A stretch of DNA of 64,000 nt from the NCBI GenBank assembly GCA_036676395.1, contig JAKFCY010000002.1, positions 224,001 through 288,000 of the forward strand, read 5' to 3'. The notes beneath the pieces were generated by a model that saw only the letters and a list, made by a program, of their open reading frames with translations, searched no databases and was not told the DNA's origin. Source of the stretch: Bdellovibrio sp. GTDB taxonomy: Bacteria; Bdellovibrionota; Bdellovibrionia; Bdellovibrionales; Bdellovibrionaceae. Numbering within the stretch: the first letter of the stretch is position 1; the number at the start of each line of letters is the position of its first letter. This document shows, one piece after another, positions 9,821 through 19,144 of the stretch. The translations under genes were made by a program, and so were the position numbers.

Positions 9821-11200
9821 ATGAATTCTTTAAAAAAAACCACATTAATAATCGCACTTTTATTTCTGGCAGGATGTGCAACAAGTTTAAACCCTGTTGA
9901 ATTTGCTGCTGATGCTGATCCAAATAACGAGATCAGCCGTTTAGAGCAAGACATCCGTTCTGCTCGCAGTGAGCAAACTGATATGGCTTCGCCGAAATCG
10001 TTTAAGATGGCTGAAAAATATTTAGCCGACGCTCAGAAAAGTCGCGCGAAAAATAATTCGTCTCGCGATATCTTAAAAGAAGTTGGCTATGGAAGGGCTG
10101 CATTAAATCAGGCGCAAACTGCGCAAAACTTAACTGAAAATGAGTTCTCTGATATTTCGCAGGCTCGTGATGCGGCTATTGCGGCAGGCGCTGCAGACTT
10201 TCAAGAGCGTGGTCTTAAAAAAGCCGATGCTGATTTTAAAGATATAACTGAAGATTTTGAAAGTGAAGCGATCAAACAATCTGCGCAAAGTAAAACGCCA
10301 ATATCATTTTCGCAAGTTTCGTTAAATAAACGTGAAGCTTTAAAAAGAAATTACGCAAAATTAGAATTAGAATCGCTAACGAATAAACATTTAGGTCGTG
10401 CACAAGGTATGATTGAAATGGCTGAAAAAAATCAGGCTTCAAGCTATGCACCTAAAACTTTGAATTCAGCCCGAACTAAATATAGAGATGCACAAATGGT
10501 GATTTCAAATAACCGCCAGGATATTGCGGCGATTGAAGCGGCTGCGCGCGAAGCTAACATGGAGGCTGAAAAACTATTACGTGTAACCAATACCGCCAGA
10601 TCTGCAAAAGGTTTAAGTACTGAAGATTTAGCTTTGGATATCGAAGAAAAAAAAGAGGCCTTATCAGAAGCAGAGATGACAGCTGAAGAACGTGCGCAGA
10701 TGATTAAAGATCGTAATGCGCAATTAGCTGGGGCTTTAAATGAAAATCAAGAGTATCGCCGTAAAGCTGAATTCGATGAAACATTAGCTAAAGCGCAAAA
10801 AACGTTTTCTAAAGATGAAGCCGACGTTTATCGCGAAGGTGATAAAATTTTAATCCGTTTAAAATCAGCAAACTTTGTTTCGGGCAGAGCGGATGTCAGC
10901 CAAAAGGCTTATCCTGTTTTAGGTAAAGTAAAAGATCTTTTAAGTGAAGTCGCCGCAGAAGATATCGTGATCGAGGGCCACACTGATGTGACAGGTTCGA
11001 AAGATATTAATATGAAATTATCAAAAGACCGCGCCGATGCCGTAGCGGCCTATTTAATGAATAATACGGATATTAAACCAGATCAAATTACGACTGAAGG
11101 TTTAGGTTTTGATAGACCATTAGCTCCGAATAATACCAAACAAGGCCGCGCGCAAAATCGGCGCGTAGATATTATCGTAACACCCTCGGTGGTTCGTTAA
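9821..11200 (+). CDS. OmpA-family peptidoglycan-binding lipoprotein with a long helical N-terminus
   Basis: LAGC lipobox; C-terminal IEGHTD...N..LS..RA and GRAQNRRVDI motifs; GGAGG SD before 9821. Confidence 0.9.
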   Translation: MNSLKKTTLIIALLFLAGCATSLNPVEFAADADPNNEISRLEQDIRSARSEQTDMASPKSFKMAEKYLADAQKSRAKNNSSRDILKEVGYGRAALNQAQTAQNLTENEFSDISQARDAAIAAGAADFQERGLKKADADFKDITEDFESEAIKQSAQSKTPISFSQVSLNKREALKRNYAKLELESLTNKHLGRAQGMIEMAEKNQASSYAPKTLNSARTKYRDAQMVISNNRQDIAAIEAAAREANMEAEKLLRVTNTARSAKGLSTEDLALDIEEKKEALSEAEMTAEERAQMIKDRNAQLAGALNENQEYRRKAEFDETLAKAQKTFSKDEADVYREGDKILIRLKSANFVSGRADVSQKAYPVLGKVKDLLSEVAAEDIVIEGHTDVTGSKDINMKLSKDRADAVAAYLMNNTDIKPDQITTEGLGFDRPLAPNNTKQGRAQNRRVDIIVTPSVVR

Positions 11201-12474
11201 TTGTGAGTTGGAGTTGTTTTTACAGAGGGAGCCTGATCGTCTTCAGGCTCTTCAGACAAATCTTCTGAAGAGTCAAAACGACGGTCTTCGCGCGGACGGT
11301 AAAGAACTTCTTCTTTTTCTCGCATCCAGAATACAAAATCTTGTGCCGTTAGTTCACCAGACATTAACCCTAATTTAAGAGCTAAATCAAAGTGATGATT
11401 GGCCAGAAGTGCACGTTTACGGCGTTCACCTTTTTTCAGGTATTGATCGTGTTTTGTTAAAGCGTGAATCAGCTGCATTGATAATTCAATAGCGATTAAT
11501 TCAGCTTTGAACACACCTAGTTCATCTTTGCAAAAAATTTGAAAACTTTGTTTTTCTGAAACTTCGTTGATATTAAAATTATAACCGTATTCAGCGATTA
11601 AAAAGGCATATAGCACAGCTCCGAAAAGTTCGATCGGATCATGCATGTTGATATCAACGACTTCTAAGCGGCGTAATAAACTTAAAAACTCTTCAACTTT
11701 AGCAGGATCAGTAAATAACGTTTCAAAACCTGGAATTACGGCTTTAAAAACGCCAAGGTCATGCATTTCCCATAAGGCTAATTCAGGATTGTAGAGTCTG
11801 AAAAATTTCAGCCATTCTTCGCGGCGACGAGGCAGAACTGTTTTTTTAAGCTCTTCAATGTTTTCTAAAATTGATTTGCGAAGTTCAGTTTCGATTTTGA
11901 AACTTAATTTTTGCGACAAACGAATCGCGCGTAAAATACGAATTGGGTCTTCTTTAAGACGCACATGCGGGTCTCCGATCACACGTAGTGTGCGAGACGC
12001 GATGTCATCAAGGCCTCCGCAGTAATCGACGAGGTCTTCTGATAACGGATCATAAAATAAAGCGTTCACTGTGAAATCGCGGCGAAAAGAATCTTCTTTT
12101 AAGTTTCCGAAAAAATTATCTGCTGTCATTGAAGCTACTGATTCAGTGTCGACAGAATTTAATTCATCTTGGGTGGCTTCACGGCGATATGTAGCCACTT
12201 CAAAAATTTTTTCGCCACGTTTTGCGTGCACTAATTTGAAACGACGACCGATGATAAAGCAGTAAGGAACTTTGCGTTTTACTTCATTAGGTAAGGCGTT
12301 CGTTGCGATATCAAAGTCTTTTGGTTTTAAGCCAACTAACAAATCGCGCACTCCGCCGCCAACTAAGTAACCGTCAAACTTGTTATCTTTTAGCTTTTTG
12401 ATAATGCCGATCGCTTGCGGATCAATGTCCGAATAGGCTTTTCTTAAAATATCTTTAAATTTTTGGATCGACAT
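11197..12474 (-). CDS. pcnB: Poly(A) polymerase I
   Basis: VGGGVRDLL, DFD, IGRRFKLVH (PAP-type motif), RRDFTVNAL and EDPIRILRA. Confidence 0.9.
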   Translation of the reverse strand: MSIQKFKDILRKAYSDIDPQAIGIIKKLKDNKFDGYLVGGGVRDLLVGLKPKDFDIATNALPNEVKRKVPYCFIIGRRFKLVHAKRGEKIFEVATYRREATQDELNSVDTESVASMTADNFFGNLKEDSFRRDFTVNALFYDPLSEDLVDYCGGLDDIASRTLRVIGDPHVRLKEDPIRILRAIRLSQKLSFKIETELRKSILENIEELKKTVLPRRREEWLKFFRLYNPELALWEMHDLGVFKAVIPGFETLFTDPAKVEEFLSLLRRLEVVDINMHDPIELFGAVLYAFLIAEYGYNFNINEVSEKQSFQIFCKDELGVFKAELIAIELSMQLIHALTKHDQYLKKGERRKRALLANHHFDLALKLGLMSGELTAQDFVFWMREKEEVLYRPREDRRFDSSEDLSEEPEDDQAPSVKTTPTHN

Positions 12475-12532
12475 ATATCAGATTATTTTTTAATTGAGGA
12501 AAGGGTTACAGTCGAGTACTTACTTTAACTAA

Positions 12533-13354
12533 ATGAGCTTTTTATCTAACTTTAATTACGCAATCCTGGGCACGAACACGCAAGAACGTGTGGTTTTCAT
12601 TCACGGTTTGATGGCCTTTGCAGCAAATTGGAGAAAGATCGCGAATCGTTTAGAAGATGATTTTCAGTGCTTGATTTATGACCAACGTGGCCATGGACGC
12701 TCATTCAAACCAGAAACTGGCTACAGCCCTGAGATCTTCGCTGAAGATTTAGACAAAATAACGACTGAACTTGGCTGGGATAGCTTTCATTTAGTTGGGC
12801 ATTCAATGGGTGGCCGTAATGCCATGGTTTTTGCCAACCTGTACCCTGAAAAAGTAAGAACTTTAACCATCGAAGACATGGGCCCTGATTCAGATCCAAT
12901 GATGCGTGGCTATTATGAAAATATGTTGGGGCATATTCCGACGCCATTTGCTGATAAAGCGGCCGTTAAATATTTTTTTGATCATGAATTTAAAAAAGCA
13001 TTTGCGTCTAAAGAGCCTCCGGCAGTGCTTTCAACTTTTTTGCAGGCGAACTTAGAAGAAAAAACGGATGGCAGTTATGATTGGCGCTTTTCTAAACACG
13101 CCGTGTTTGAAATTACACGCGAGGGCCATTTAAAAGACCGTTGGCTTGAAGTCAGTAGCTTTAAGATGCCTGTGCTTTTAATTCGTGGTGAAAATTCGCA
13201 CATTCTTAAACAAGAAACCTATGAGAAAATGCTGGCTGTGAATCCCAATATTCAGGGGATTGAGCTTGCTGGCGCGGGGCACTGGGTGCACTACGAAAAA
13301 TTCGAAGAATTTGTTCAAGCCTTTCGTAAATTTGTGAATGAGAGCAACGCGTAA
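12533..13354 (+). CDS. Alpha/beta hydrolase (YbfF-like esterase)
   Basis: HGL, DQRGHGRS, GHSMGG and AGHWVH motifs. Confidence 0.85.
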   Translation: MSFLSNFNYAILGTNTQERVVFIHGLMAFAANWRKIANRLEDDFQCLIYDQRGHGRSFKPETGYSPEIFAEDLDKITTELGWDSFHLVGHSMGGRNAMVFANLYPEKVRTLTIEDMGPDSDPMMRGYYENMLGHIPTPFADKAAVKYFFDHEFKKAFASKEPPAVLSTFLQANLEEKTDGSYDWRFSKHAVFEITREGHLKDRWLEVSSFKMPVLLIRGENSHILKQETYEKMLAVNPNIQGIELAGAGHWVHYEKFEEFVQAFRKFVNESNA

Positions 13355-13400
13355 CAATAAGCGTGACTACGCCCCTCTAAAGACTTACAAAAAAGGCTGA

Positions 13401-14996
13401 ATGAAATACGTAGACCTAAATCTGGACAGCCGCTTACAAACTAACATCTCTAATCTTGGATACGTTGATGCAACGCCAATCCAAGTCCAAGCCTTCGAAC
13501 CGATTATTTCGGGTAAAGATGTGGCGGGTCTTGCGCAAACTGGAACTGGAAAAACGGCAGCGTTTTTAATTCCAATTATTGAACGCATTTTAAAAGCAGA
13601 GACTAACCCTGAAAGCGAACGTGCTTTCGTGGATTGGAAAGCCTTCAATCAAGTTTTGATTTTAGTTCCAACGCGCGAACTAGCTGATCAAATTCATGAA
13701 AATATTTTAAAATTAACTGCCGGCACTGGTTTAAAATCAGCAACGTTTTACGGTGGCACTGGTTACGACAAACAAAAAGAAGCGTTATCTGGTAATTTAC
13801 AATTCATGGTTTCAACACCAGGCCGCTTAATTGATCTGTATAAAGAGCACCATGTTGATTTCAAAAAAGTAAAAGCGATTATCTTTGATGAAGCAGATCG
13901 TATGTTTGATATGGGTTTTAAAGATGATATGAAATACATCTTAAGCCGTATCGAGCGCACTCGCCAGTTTTTAGTGTTTTCTGCAACTTTAAATTTTGAT
14001 GTATTAAATACTGCGTATCAATTTGGTTCTGAGCCTGTTGAAATTAATATTTCAAAAGATGTGGCTAAAGCTGAAAATGTAAAAGATATGATTTATCACG
14101 TTGGTAATGCTGAAAAACCTCAGTATTTGCTTTCGATTTTTAAAAAAGAAAAACCTACGCAAACAATTATTTTTACAAATTTCAAAAATAACGTCGATCG
14201 CGTAGCGCATTTTTTAACAGACAACCAAATTCCTGCTATGGGAATTTCAAGTTTGATGTCACAGGCACAACGCACGCAAGTGATCTCAAAATTCAAAGAA
14301 TCAAATAATCAAAACGTATTAGTAGCTACTGATGTGGCTGCGCGCGGTTTAGATATTTCTGATGTGGATTTAGTTGTGAATTACGAATTACCCCAGGATT
14401 GTGAATCATATGTTCACCGTATCGGTCGTACTGGTCGCGCGGGTAAAGAAGGTAAAGCATTTTCATTAGTAAGTGATCGCGATGTTGAGTCGTTATATCG
14501 CATCGAAGAATTCACTAAAAAGAAAATTGAAGCTGGTTATCTGGAAGACGTTGAATTAGTTAAAGACTTTAAAGCTTTAACTGATCATGAACCTAAATTT
14601 AAAAAATCATTTGATCGTAAACCACAAGGTGGCGGCAGATCAGGTGGCCGCCCAGAACGTGGTGGTAAACCAGGTTTCAACAGAGATCATGATGGTAAAG
14701 CTCACGCGGGTCCTCGTCATGATGGTCCAAGAAAACCGCATCACCGCGACGAACGTCCTCGGGATGAACGTCCTAAGCACGATAAAAAACCAATGCACGC
14801 TAAGCATGAAGGTGTAAAACACGATGTTCATGGTAAGGGAAAACCTAAACATGATCATAAGCGCCCGCACCCTAAAGCAAATGGCGTAACGCCAGGTCAC
14901 TTGGTGCATAAGCGCACGGGATCGCATCGTAAACCTGTACCTCAGGCCGGTCTAGTTAACTCTGTGAAATCGTTTTTCAAGAAGTTATTTACTTAA
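13401..14996 (+). CDS. rhlB: DEAD-box RNA helicase (RhlB/RhlE type) with a basic, His-rich disordered tail
   Basis: AQTGTGKT, PTRELA, TPGR, DEAD, SAT, ARGLD and HRIGRTGR motifs. The rhlB label rests on context beside pcnB. Confidence 0.85.
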   Translation: MKYVDLNLDSRLQTNISNLGYVDATPIQVQAFEPIISGKDVAGLAQTGTGKTAAFLIPIIERILKAETNPESERAFVDWKAFNQVLILVPTRELADQIHENILKLTAGTGLKSATFYGGTGYDKQKEALSGNLQFMVSTPGRLIDLYKEHHVDFKKVKAIIFDEADRMFDMGFKDDMKYILSRIERTRQFLVFSATLNFDVLNTAYQFGSEPVEINISKDVAKAENVKDMIYHVGNAEKPQYLLSIFKKEKPTQTIIFTNFKNNVDRVAHFLTDNQIPAMGISSLMSQAQRTQVISKFKESNNQNVLVATDVAARGLDISDVDLVVNYELPQDCESYVHRIGRTGRAGKEGKAFSLVSDRDVESLYRIEEFTKKKIEAGYLEDVELVKDFKALTDHEPKFKKSFDRKPQGGGRSGGRPERGGKPGFNRDHDGKAHAGPRHDGPRKPHHRDERPRDERPKHDKKPMHAKHEGVKHDVHGKGKPKHDHKRPHPKANGVTPGHLVHKRTGSHRKPVPQAGLVNSVKSFFKKLFT

Positions 14997-15018
14997 ATTT
15001 TATTTACACTAAAGGTGT

Positions 15019-16350
15019 ATGAAAAAAAGTATTCTGACCATTTTGTTAATGGCGGCTTTGCCGTCATTCGTTTTTGCCCAAGAAGACCCTATTCAGACGA
15101 TGAAGTTAACTTCAAATTACATTGTTCGTAATTTGAATGGTGATCAAGTCTGTAACTTACCAAAAGGTGCTGTTGTCGGTGTTGTTGGCGTAGCGCCAGA
15201 TGGCCAGCGTTTAAAAATTATGGCCTTAACGGGTCCATGTGCTGGAGTAATGAATGGTTTTGTCTATGTGAACTATCTTCGTCCAGCTTCAAAAGACGTG
15301 AATAAATACACAGAAACAGCGATGGTTGAAACTGCTGGCTTAAGTTTACGTAAAGAGCCAAGTGTTGAAGATGGAACACATTCTTGCAGTTTACCTGCGA
15401 ACACGAAATTAAATATTATCGGTGAAGTGCAAAAACGCAGTCGTTGGGTGCAAGTTGAAATTCCTAATCCTCCGAAAGGTTGTCCAACGACCGGTTGGGT
15501 TTCAGCCAGTTATTTAAAACCTGATTTCGATTTAAAAACTCTGCCGGTAATTAAAGGTCAGGCCTTAACTGAAGCTCGCACTCCAAAAGATTGCACTGAT
15601 TGCGAACAAGGTGAAACTTCTGGCGGTAAAAAATCAGAAGTTAAAAAAACTGTCGAAACGGCTCAGCAGATTGAAAAATTTGTAAATCAACCCCCAGAGC
15701 TTGCGGCTGGAGTTCCTAGTCCGTTTACCGAGTTTGCTAAAGAATTACAGCGTACAAAAAAATGTCCGAATCCCAAACAATCTGATTACAAATGTAACCG
15801 TGGTTTAATGCAAATGCCTGCCGAAGGCAATGCTGGTTTCTGCGGAACTCATCACTATACTCCAGATCGTCCGCCTGGAGTTGATACGCATGCAGCTCCG
15901 CATACAGCTTGTTCGTTATTAGCTGTCGCGCAAGAATGGAAAAAGACGGCGTGCCCGAATGACAATGCCGGATGCAAAATCGCTTGGGGAGACATCTCGC
16001 ATACAACGCGCCCTTTGTTTAACAAACACAAAGAACACACGCGTGGTGAGTGTATTGATATTCGCCCATTTAATACGGGATCGTTTCGTGATGCTGGTCG
16101 TACGGTGACTGCAAGTGATTATGACCGGGCAAAGACTACAGAATTTTTAAAACTAGCAAAAAAGCATGGCGCAGATATTCGTTACAGTGATCGTAAGCTA
16201 ATGAATGCAAACAAAGATCTGGGTATTGCGTGGGGCGGATCAGCGCATGCCAATCACATGCATATCTGTTTTGAAGCTTCTAATTCAAAAGTGCAGGCAG
16301 CCTGCAATAACTTAACGGTGGATCCAAGAGTATGTTCAGAAGTTCAGTAA
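15019..16350 (+). CDS. Secreted protein with SH3b-like repeats and a MepA/LAS-type Zn murein endopeptidase domain
   Basis: Signal peptide; LSLRKEPS...WVQV...GWVSASYL SH3b pattern; GDIS...HKEHTRGECID (H-x6-D) and HANHMH motifs. Confidence 0.75.
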   Translation: MKKSILTILLMAALPSFVFAQEDPIQTMKLTSNYIVRNLNGDQVCNLPKGAVVGVVGVAPDGQRLKIMALTGPCAGVMNGFVYVNYLRPASKDVNKYTETAMVETAGLSLRKEPSVEDGTHSCSLPANTKLNIIGEVQKRSRWVQVEIPNPPKGCPTTGWVSASYLKPDFDLKTLPVIKGQALTEARTPKDCTDCEQGETSGGKKSEVKKTVETAQQIEKFVNQPPELAAGVPSPFTEFAKELQRTKKCPNPKQSDYKCNRGLMQMPAEGNAGFCGTHHYTPDRPPGVDTHAAPHTACSLLAVAQEWKKTACPNDNAGCKIAWGDISHTTRPLFNKHKEHTRGECIDIRPFNTGSFRDAGRTVTASDYDRAKTTEFLKLAKKHGADIRYSDRKLMNANKDLGIAWGGSAHANHMHICFEASNSKVQAACNNLTVDPRVCSEVQ

Positions 16351-16781
16351 TTTTAGCGTCATTAAGTTTAGTGTTACATGCGCACTCAGCAATGGCTGCG
16401 ACTTGTGGTAATTATGTTCAGGCTTACAGCGAATACACACAAAAAGTAGATGGTAAAATCGTAAAAAAACATTCTATTTTTGAAATGACAGATTGGGCTC
16501 GTAACAGCCGTTTTCAAGGTTTAGTTTTGACTGAAAAAGCTCCGGCCAATGCTGAAGTTATTTTAGAATCTAAATTAAGTAAGAAAGCTAAAACGGTTAC
16601 AACTAAAGCTTCGAAAATTACTCCGTTTATCCGGGATGAAAAATATCGCGTGGTAGAGATAGATTTAAATAAACAATTAGGTTCTGCCCCCACGCAAGAG
16701 GGCAGTTACACTGTGAAAGTCTTAGCTGATGGCAAAGAAGTTTGTTCAGAGAAGAAGTTAATCTACGACGACGGCGATTAA
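16332..16781 (+). CDS. Hypothetical secreted protein
   Basis: Signal peptide (…SAMA); overlaps the upstream gene. Confidence 0.7.
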   Translation: MFRSSVILASLSLVLHAHSAMAATCGNYVQAYSEYTQKVDGKIVKKHSIFEMTDWARNSRFQGLVLTEKAPANAEVILESKLSKKAKTVTTKASKITPFIRDEKYRVVEIDLNKQLGSAPTQEGSYTVKVLADGKEVCSEKKLIYDDGD

Positions 16782-16833
16782 ATCTCATCGGGAAAAATAA
16801 TTATTATTCATAATAATAGCTTAAATTAAAACA

Positions 16834-16889
16834 CTCTGTATTTCGGTTTACAGTTTATTCATTTAAAAAGTGTAAACCGAAATACAGAG
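16834..16889. repeat. Perfect 19-bp inverted repeat
   Basis: CTCTGTATTTCGGTTTACA-18 nt-TGTAAACCGAAATACAGAG. Confidence 0.85.
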
Positions 16890-16912
16890 CGAAAAAAAGA
16901 GTGCGCAGAAAT

Positions 16913-16944
16913 AAAAAAAGGAGCTTGGTTGAAGCTCCTTTTTT
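16913..16944. terminator. Bidirectional intrinsic terminator
   Basis: AAAAAAAGGAGCTT-ggttg-AAGCTCCTTTTTT between convergent genes. Confidence 0.85.
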
Positions 16945-16963
16945 CTTTTTTTAAAAGCACGTC

Positions 16964-19006
16964 TTATTTAACGTGTTTTTTCATTTTTGCTGCTAAGTCA
17001 GATTTCTCTTCAGCAGTTAAAGGAAGCGGGTATAAACGAGAAACCCATTGTGGGGCGTACACTCTGTAGTAGTTGCCTTGAGAGTAATTTTCACCGCGGA
17101 AGCCACGATCGCCTGATGAGCCCATCCACCAACGTGAATGATACGGAAGATCTTCACGCGGGATAGTCATTAATTCGCCGTTGTAGTCAGAAGCTTGAGT
17201 TCCTAAGGCTTGCGCGATTGTTTTGATCGCGGCATTGTCGGCTTCAGCTGAACTTAAATTATCTAACATGACAATTTGCACACCTGATAATTTTAAGCTT
17301 TCAACAACCGCTTTAGCTACCGGGCCTACAGCAACAACAGCTTTGATATCTGATCTGCCAGCTACGGTTTGATAAATGCGTTTGTAAGTTTCAGTCATCT
17401 CAGGTTTAGTTACCCCTGCGATTAAATCAGCAGGATTAAGTCCTAAGGTATCAACCGGTAGTGAACGTTGGATAAAGTAATTTAAGCCAACACCCGTTTT
17501 AGATAACATCGCTTGTAATTTTTGACCTTCAGCGCCAGTTACTGCGCGGGCAGAGAAGAAGTCATCGTGTGAAGTTTGATCTATCACAACATAAACTTGA
17601 GCGTCACGACCACGGCCACGGTATGTTCCTGTGTAACCGAAAGAATCATGACTTACGTAATTGATTCCTAATTGTTTCATATTCGGCCAAGATACTAAAG
17701 CTTCTGATAAAGCACATGCCCCTTGATCGTAACGTAAATATCCGCAAGGGCCGTAATCGAAATCAGGCTTATCAGCAGACCAAGTTTTTGCATTATAACG
17801 AGGAGATTCGTAAGGTAAATCACGAGGTCCCATGCCGATTAATGCGGTTTTCTTAGCGTTCATTCCAGAATCTAAATCTGCTGGTTTGTATGGAAATTGC
17901 GAATTTTTATCATTGTACGCGCCCGCATCAGAATAAACCTGGATCGAGTTTGCGCCCCAACGATTAGACGTTGTGCCTTCAGAACCCATTCTCCAGTTTG
18001 TGTTGAAAGCAAAGTCACGGAAAGGAATCGGCGCATAACCTTTATAAGTGTAACCAGCTTGTAAGCGCGCTACTAATTCTTCAGGAGTTGCTTTTTCATC
18101 GATATCTTGCGGTAACCAGTTTTTGTTAGCTACTTTGTAAGAAGCTACACGTTGAGCCGCACCAGAGAAACCGGCTTTAATGTTTTCCATTGCAGCGTCG
18201 CCACCAAGATTTGGATTAGCGCCACCTGGATGTGGAACTCCGATAGCTAAGATATCATTTTTAACTTCGATATCCATATTTTCTTTAAACCATTTTTTCA
18301 TTCCACGCGTATCACAGTTTTTCATTTCATAAGAAACAGAACATTTACCACCACGAGCATTAACCCATGTTGCCAAAGAGGCTTTACCACCAGAACCGAC
18401 GCCCATGAATAAAGAAACAGTCTGAGAGTTCGTCGCCATCATGTTATCGAATAATTTATGACGGTATTCTACGATCGGAGATTCTTCGCCTTGTTCGATC
18501 CATTTAAAACGAGGATCGTCTTCAAGTTGTCCGTTAATTGTGTAAACGAAAGTATTTAAGAATAAATAACTGCGATGAATTCCTAAGTGATTTAAAAATC
18601 TTTGTGTACGTGTTCCGGTTGACCCCGTAAATGCGCGGTTAGAAACGTTTTCATCCTGAGCGCCTTCTTGGCCCACGACGAAAACTTTTACGCTCTCAGG
18701 AGTCAAACGACCGCGATACCACATCGGACCAAATTCCCAACGAAATTTTTCATCTGTTTTTGCAGTTCCACCTAAAGCTTCGACACCGATTGAACGGTAA
18801 TTCGGAGTTGAACCAAAAAGTTCTACCCATTTAGAATCTGCAGGAGCTCCTGCATCGTATTCTGCTGGTGAACCACGACGGGCATCAAAGGGTAATGCTA
18901 CGTTAATTGATTGCGGGTCACGTTGTTGTGTTGTGAACGGGGCGTGTGTGCACGACGCGATAGTCATCACACCAGCTAATAACAACGCTGTTGGTTTGAA
19001 TTGCAT
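16964..19006 (-). CDS. Lipoprotein with two tandem uracil-DNA-glycosylase-like domains
   Basis: IASC lipobox. Domain 1: YRGR..VFVVGQEGAQDE...RAFTGSTG...LG..RSYLFLN...HPG. Domain 2 (degenerate): YRGR..VYVVIDQ...RAVTGAEG.KLQ..L...G...NY...VVAVG. TAAGGAG SD. Confidence 0.75.
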   Translation of the reverse strand: MQFKPTALLLAGVMTIASCTHAPFTTQQRDPQSINVALPFDARRGSPAEYDAGAPADSKWVELFGSTPNYRSIGVEALGGTAKTDEKFRWEFGPMWYRGRLTPESVKVFVVGQEGAQDENVSNRAFTGSTGTRTQRFLNHLGIHRSYLFLNTFVYTINGQLEDDPRFKWIEQGEESPIVEYRHKLFDNMMATNSQTVSLFMGVGSGGKASLATWVNARGGKCSVSYEMKNCDTRGMKKWFKENMDIEVKNDILAIGVPHPGGANPNLGGDAAMENIKAGFSGAAQRVASYKVANKNWLPQDIDEKATPEELVARLQAGYTYKGYAPIPFRDFAFNTNWRMGSEGTTSNRWGANSIQVYSDAGAYNDKNSQFPYKPADLDSGMNAKKTALIGMGPRDLPYESPRYNAKTWSADKPDFDYGPCGYLRYDQGACALSEALVSWPNMKQLGINYVSHDSFGYTGTYRGRGRDAQVYVVIDQTSHDDFFSARAVTGAEGQKLQAMLSKTGVGLNYFIQRSLPVDTLGLNPADLIAGVTKPEMTETYKRIYQTVAGRSDIKAVVAVGPVAKAVVESLKLSGVQIVMLDNLSSAEADNAAIKTIAQALGTQASDYNGELMTIPREDLPYHSRWWMGSSGDRGFRGENYSQGNYYRVYAPQWVSRLYPLPLTAEEKSDLAAKMKKHVK

Positions 19007-19144
19007 AAAAGGGTCTCCTTAATTGTGTTAATACAACCCTTTTAGTTTATGGAATTTCGTGATTTTTTCATAGGCCTGAAACATAACCCTTAAAGACCTT
19101 GGTCTAGTGAAATGTTTCAAGATTTGGTTAGGACTATTTTTCTA

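Noticed and set aside
14640..14900. Short repeats in the helicase tail (e.g. GACGAACGTCCT/GATGAACGTCCT)
   Set aside because: Low-complexity protein repeats (RDERP), not a CRISPR or DNA repeat array.
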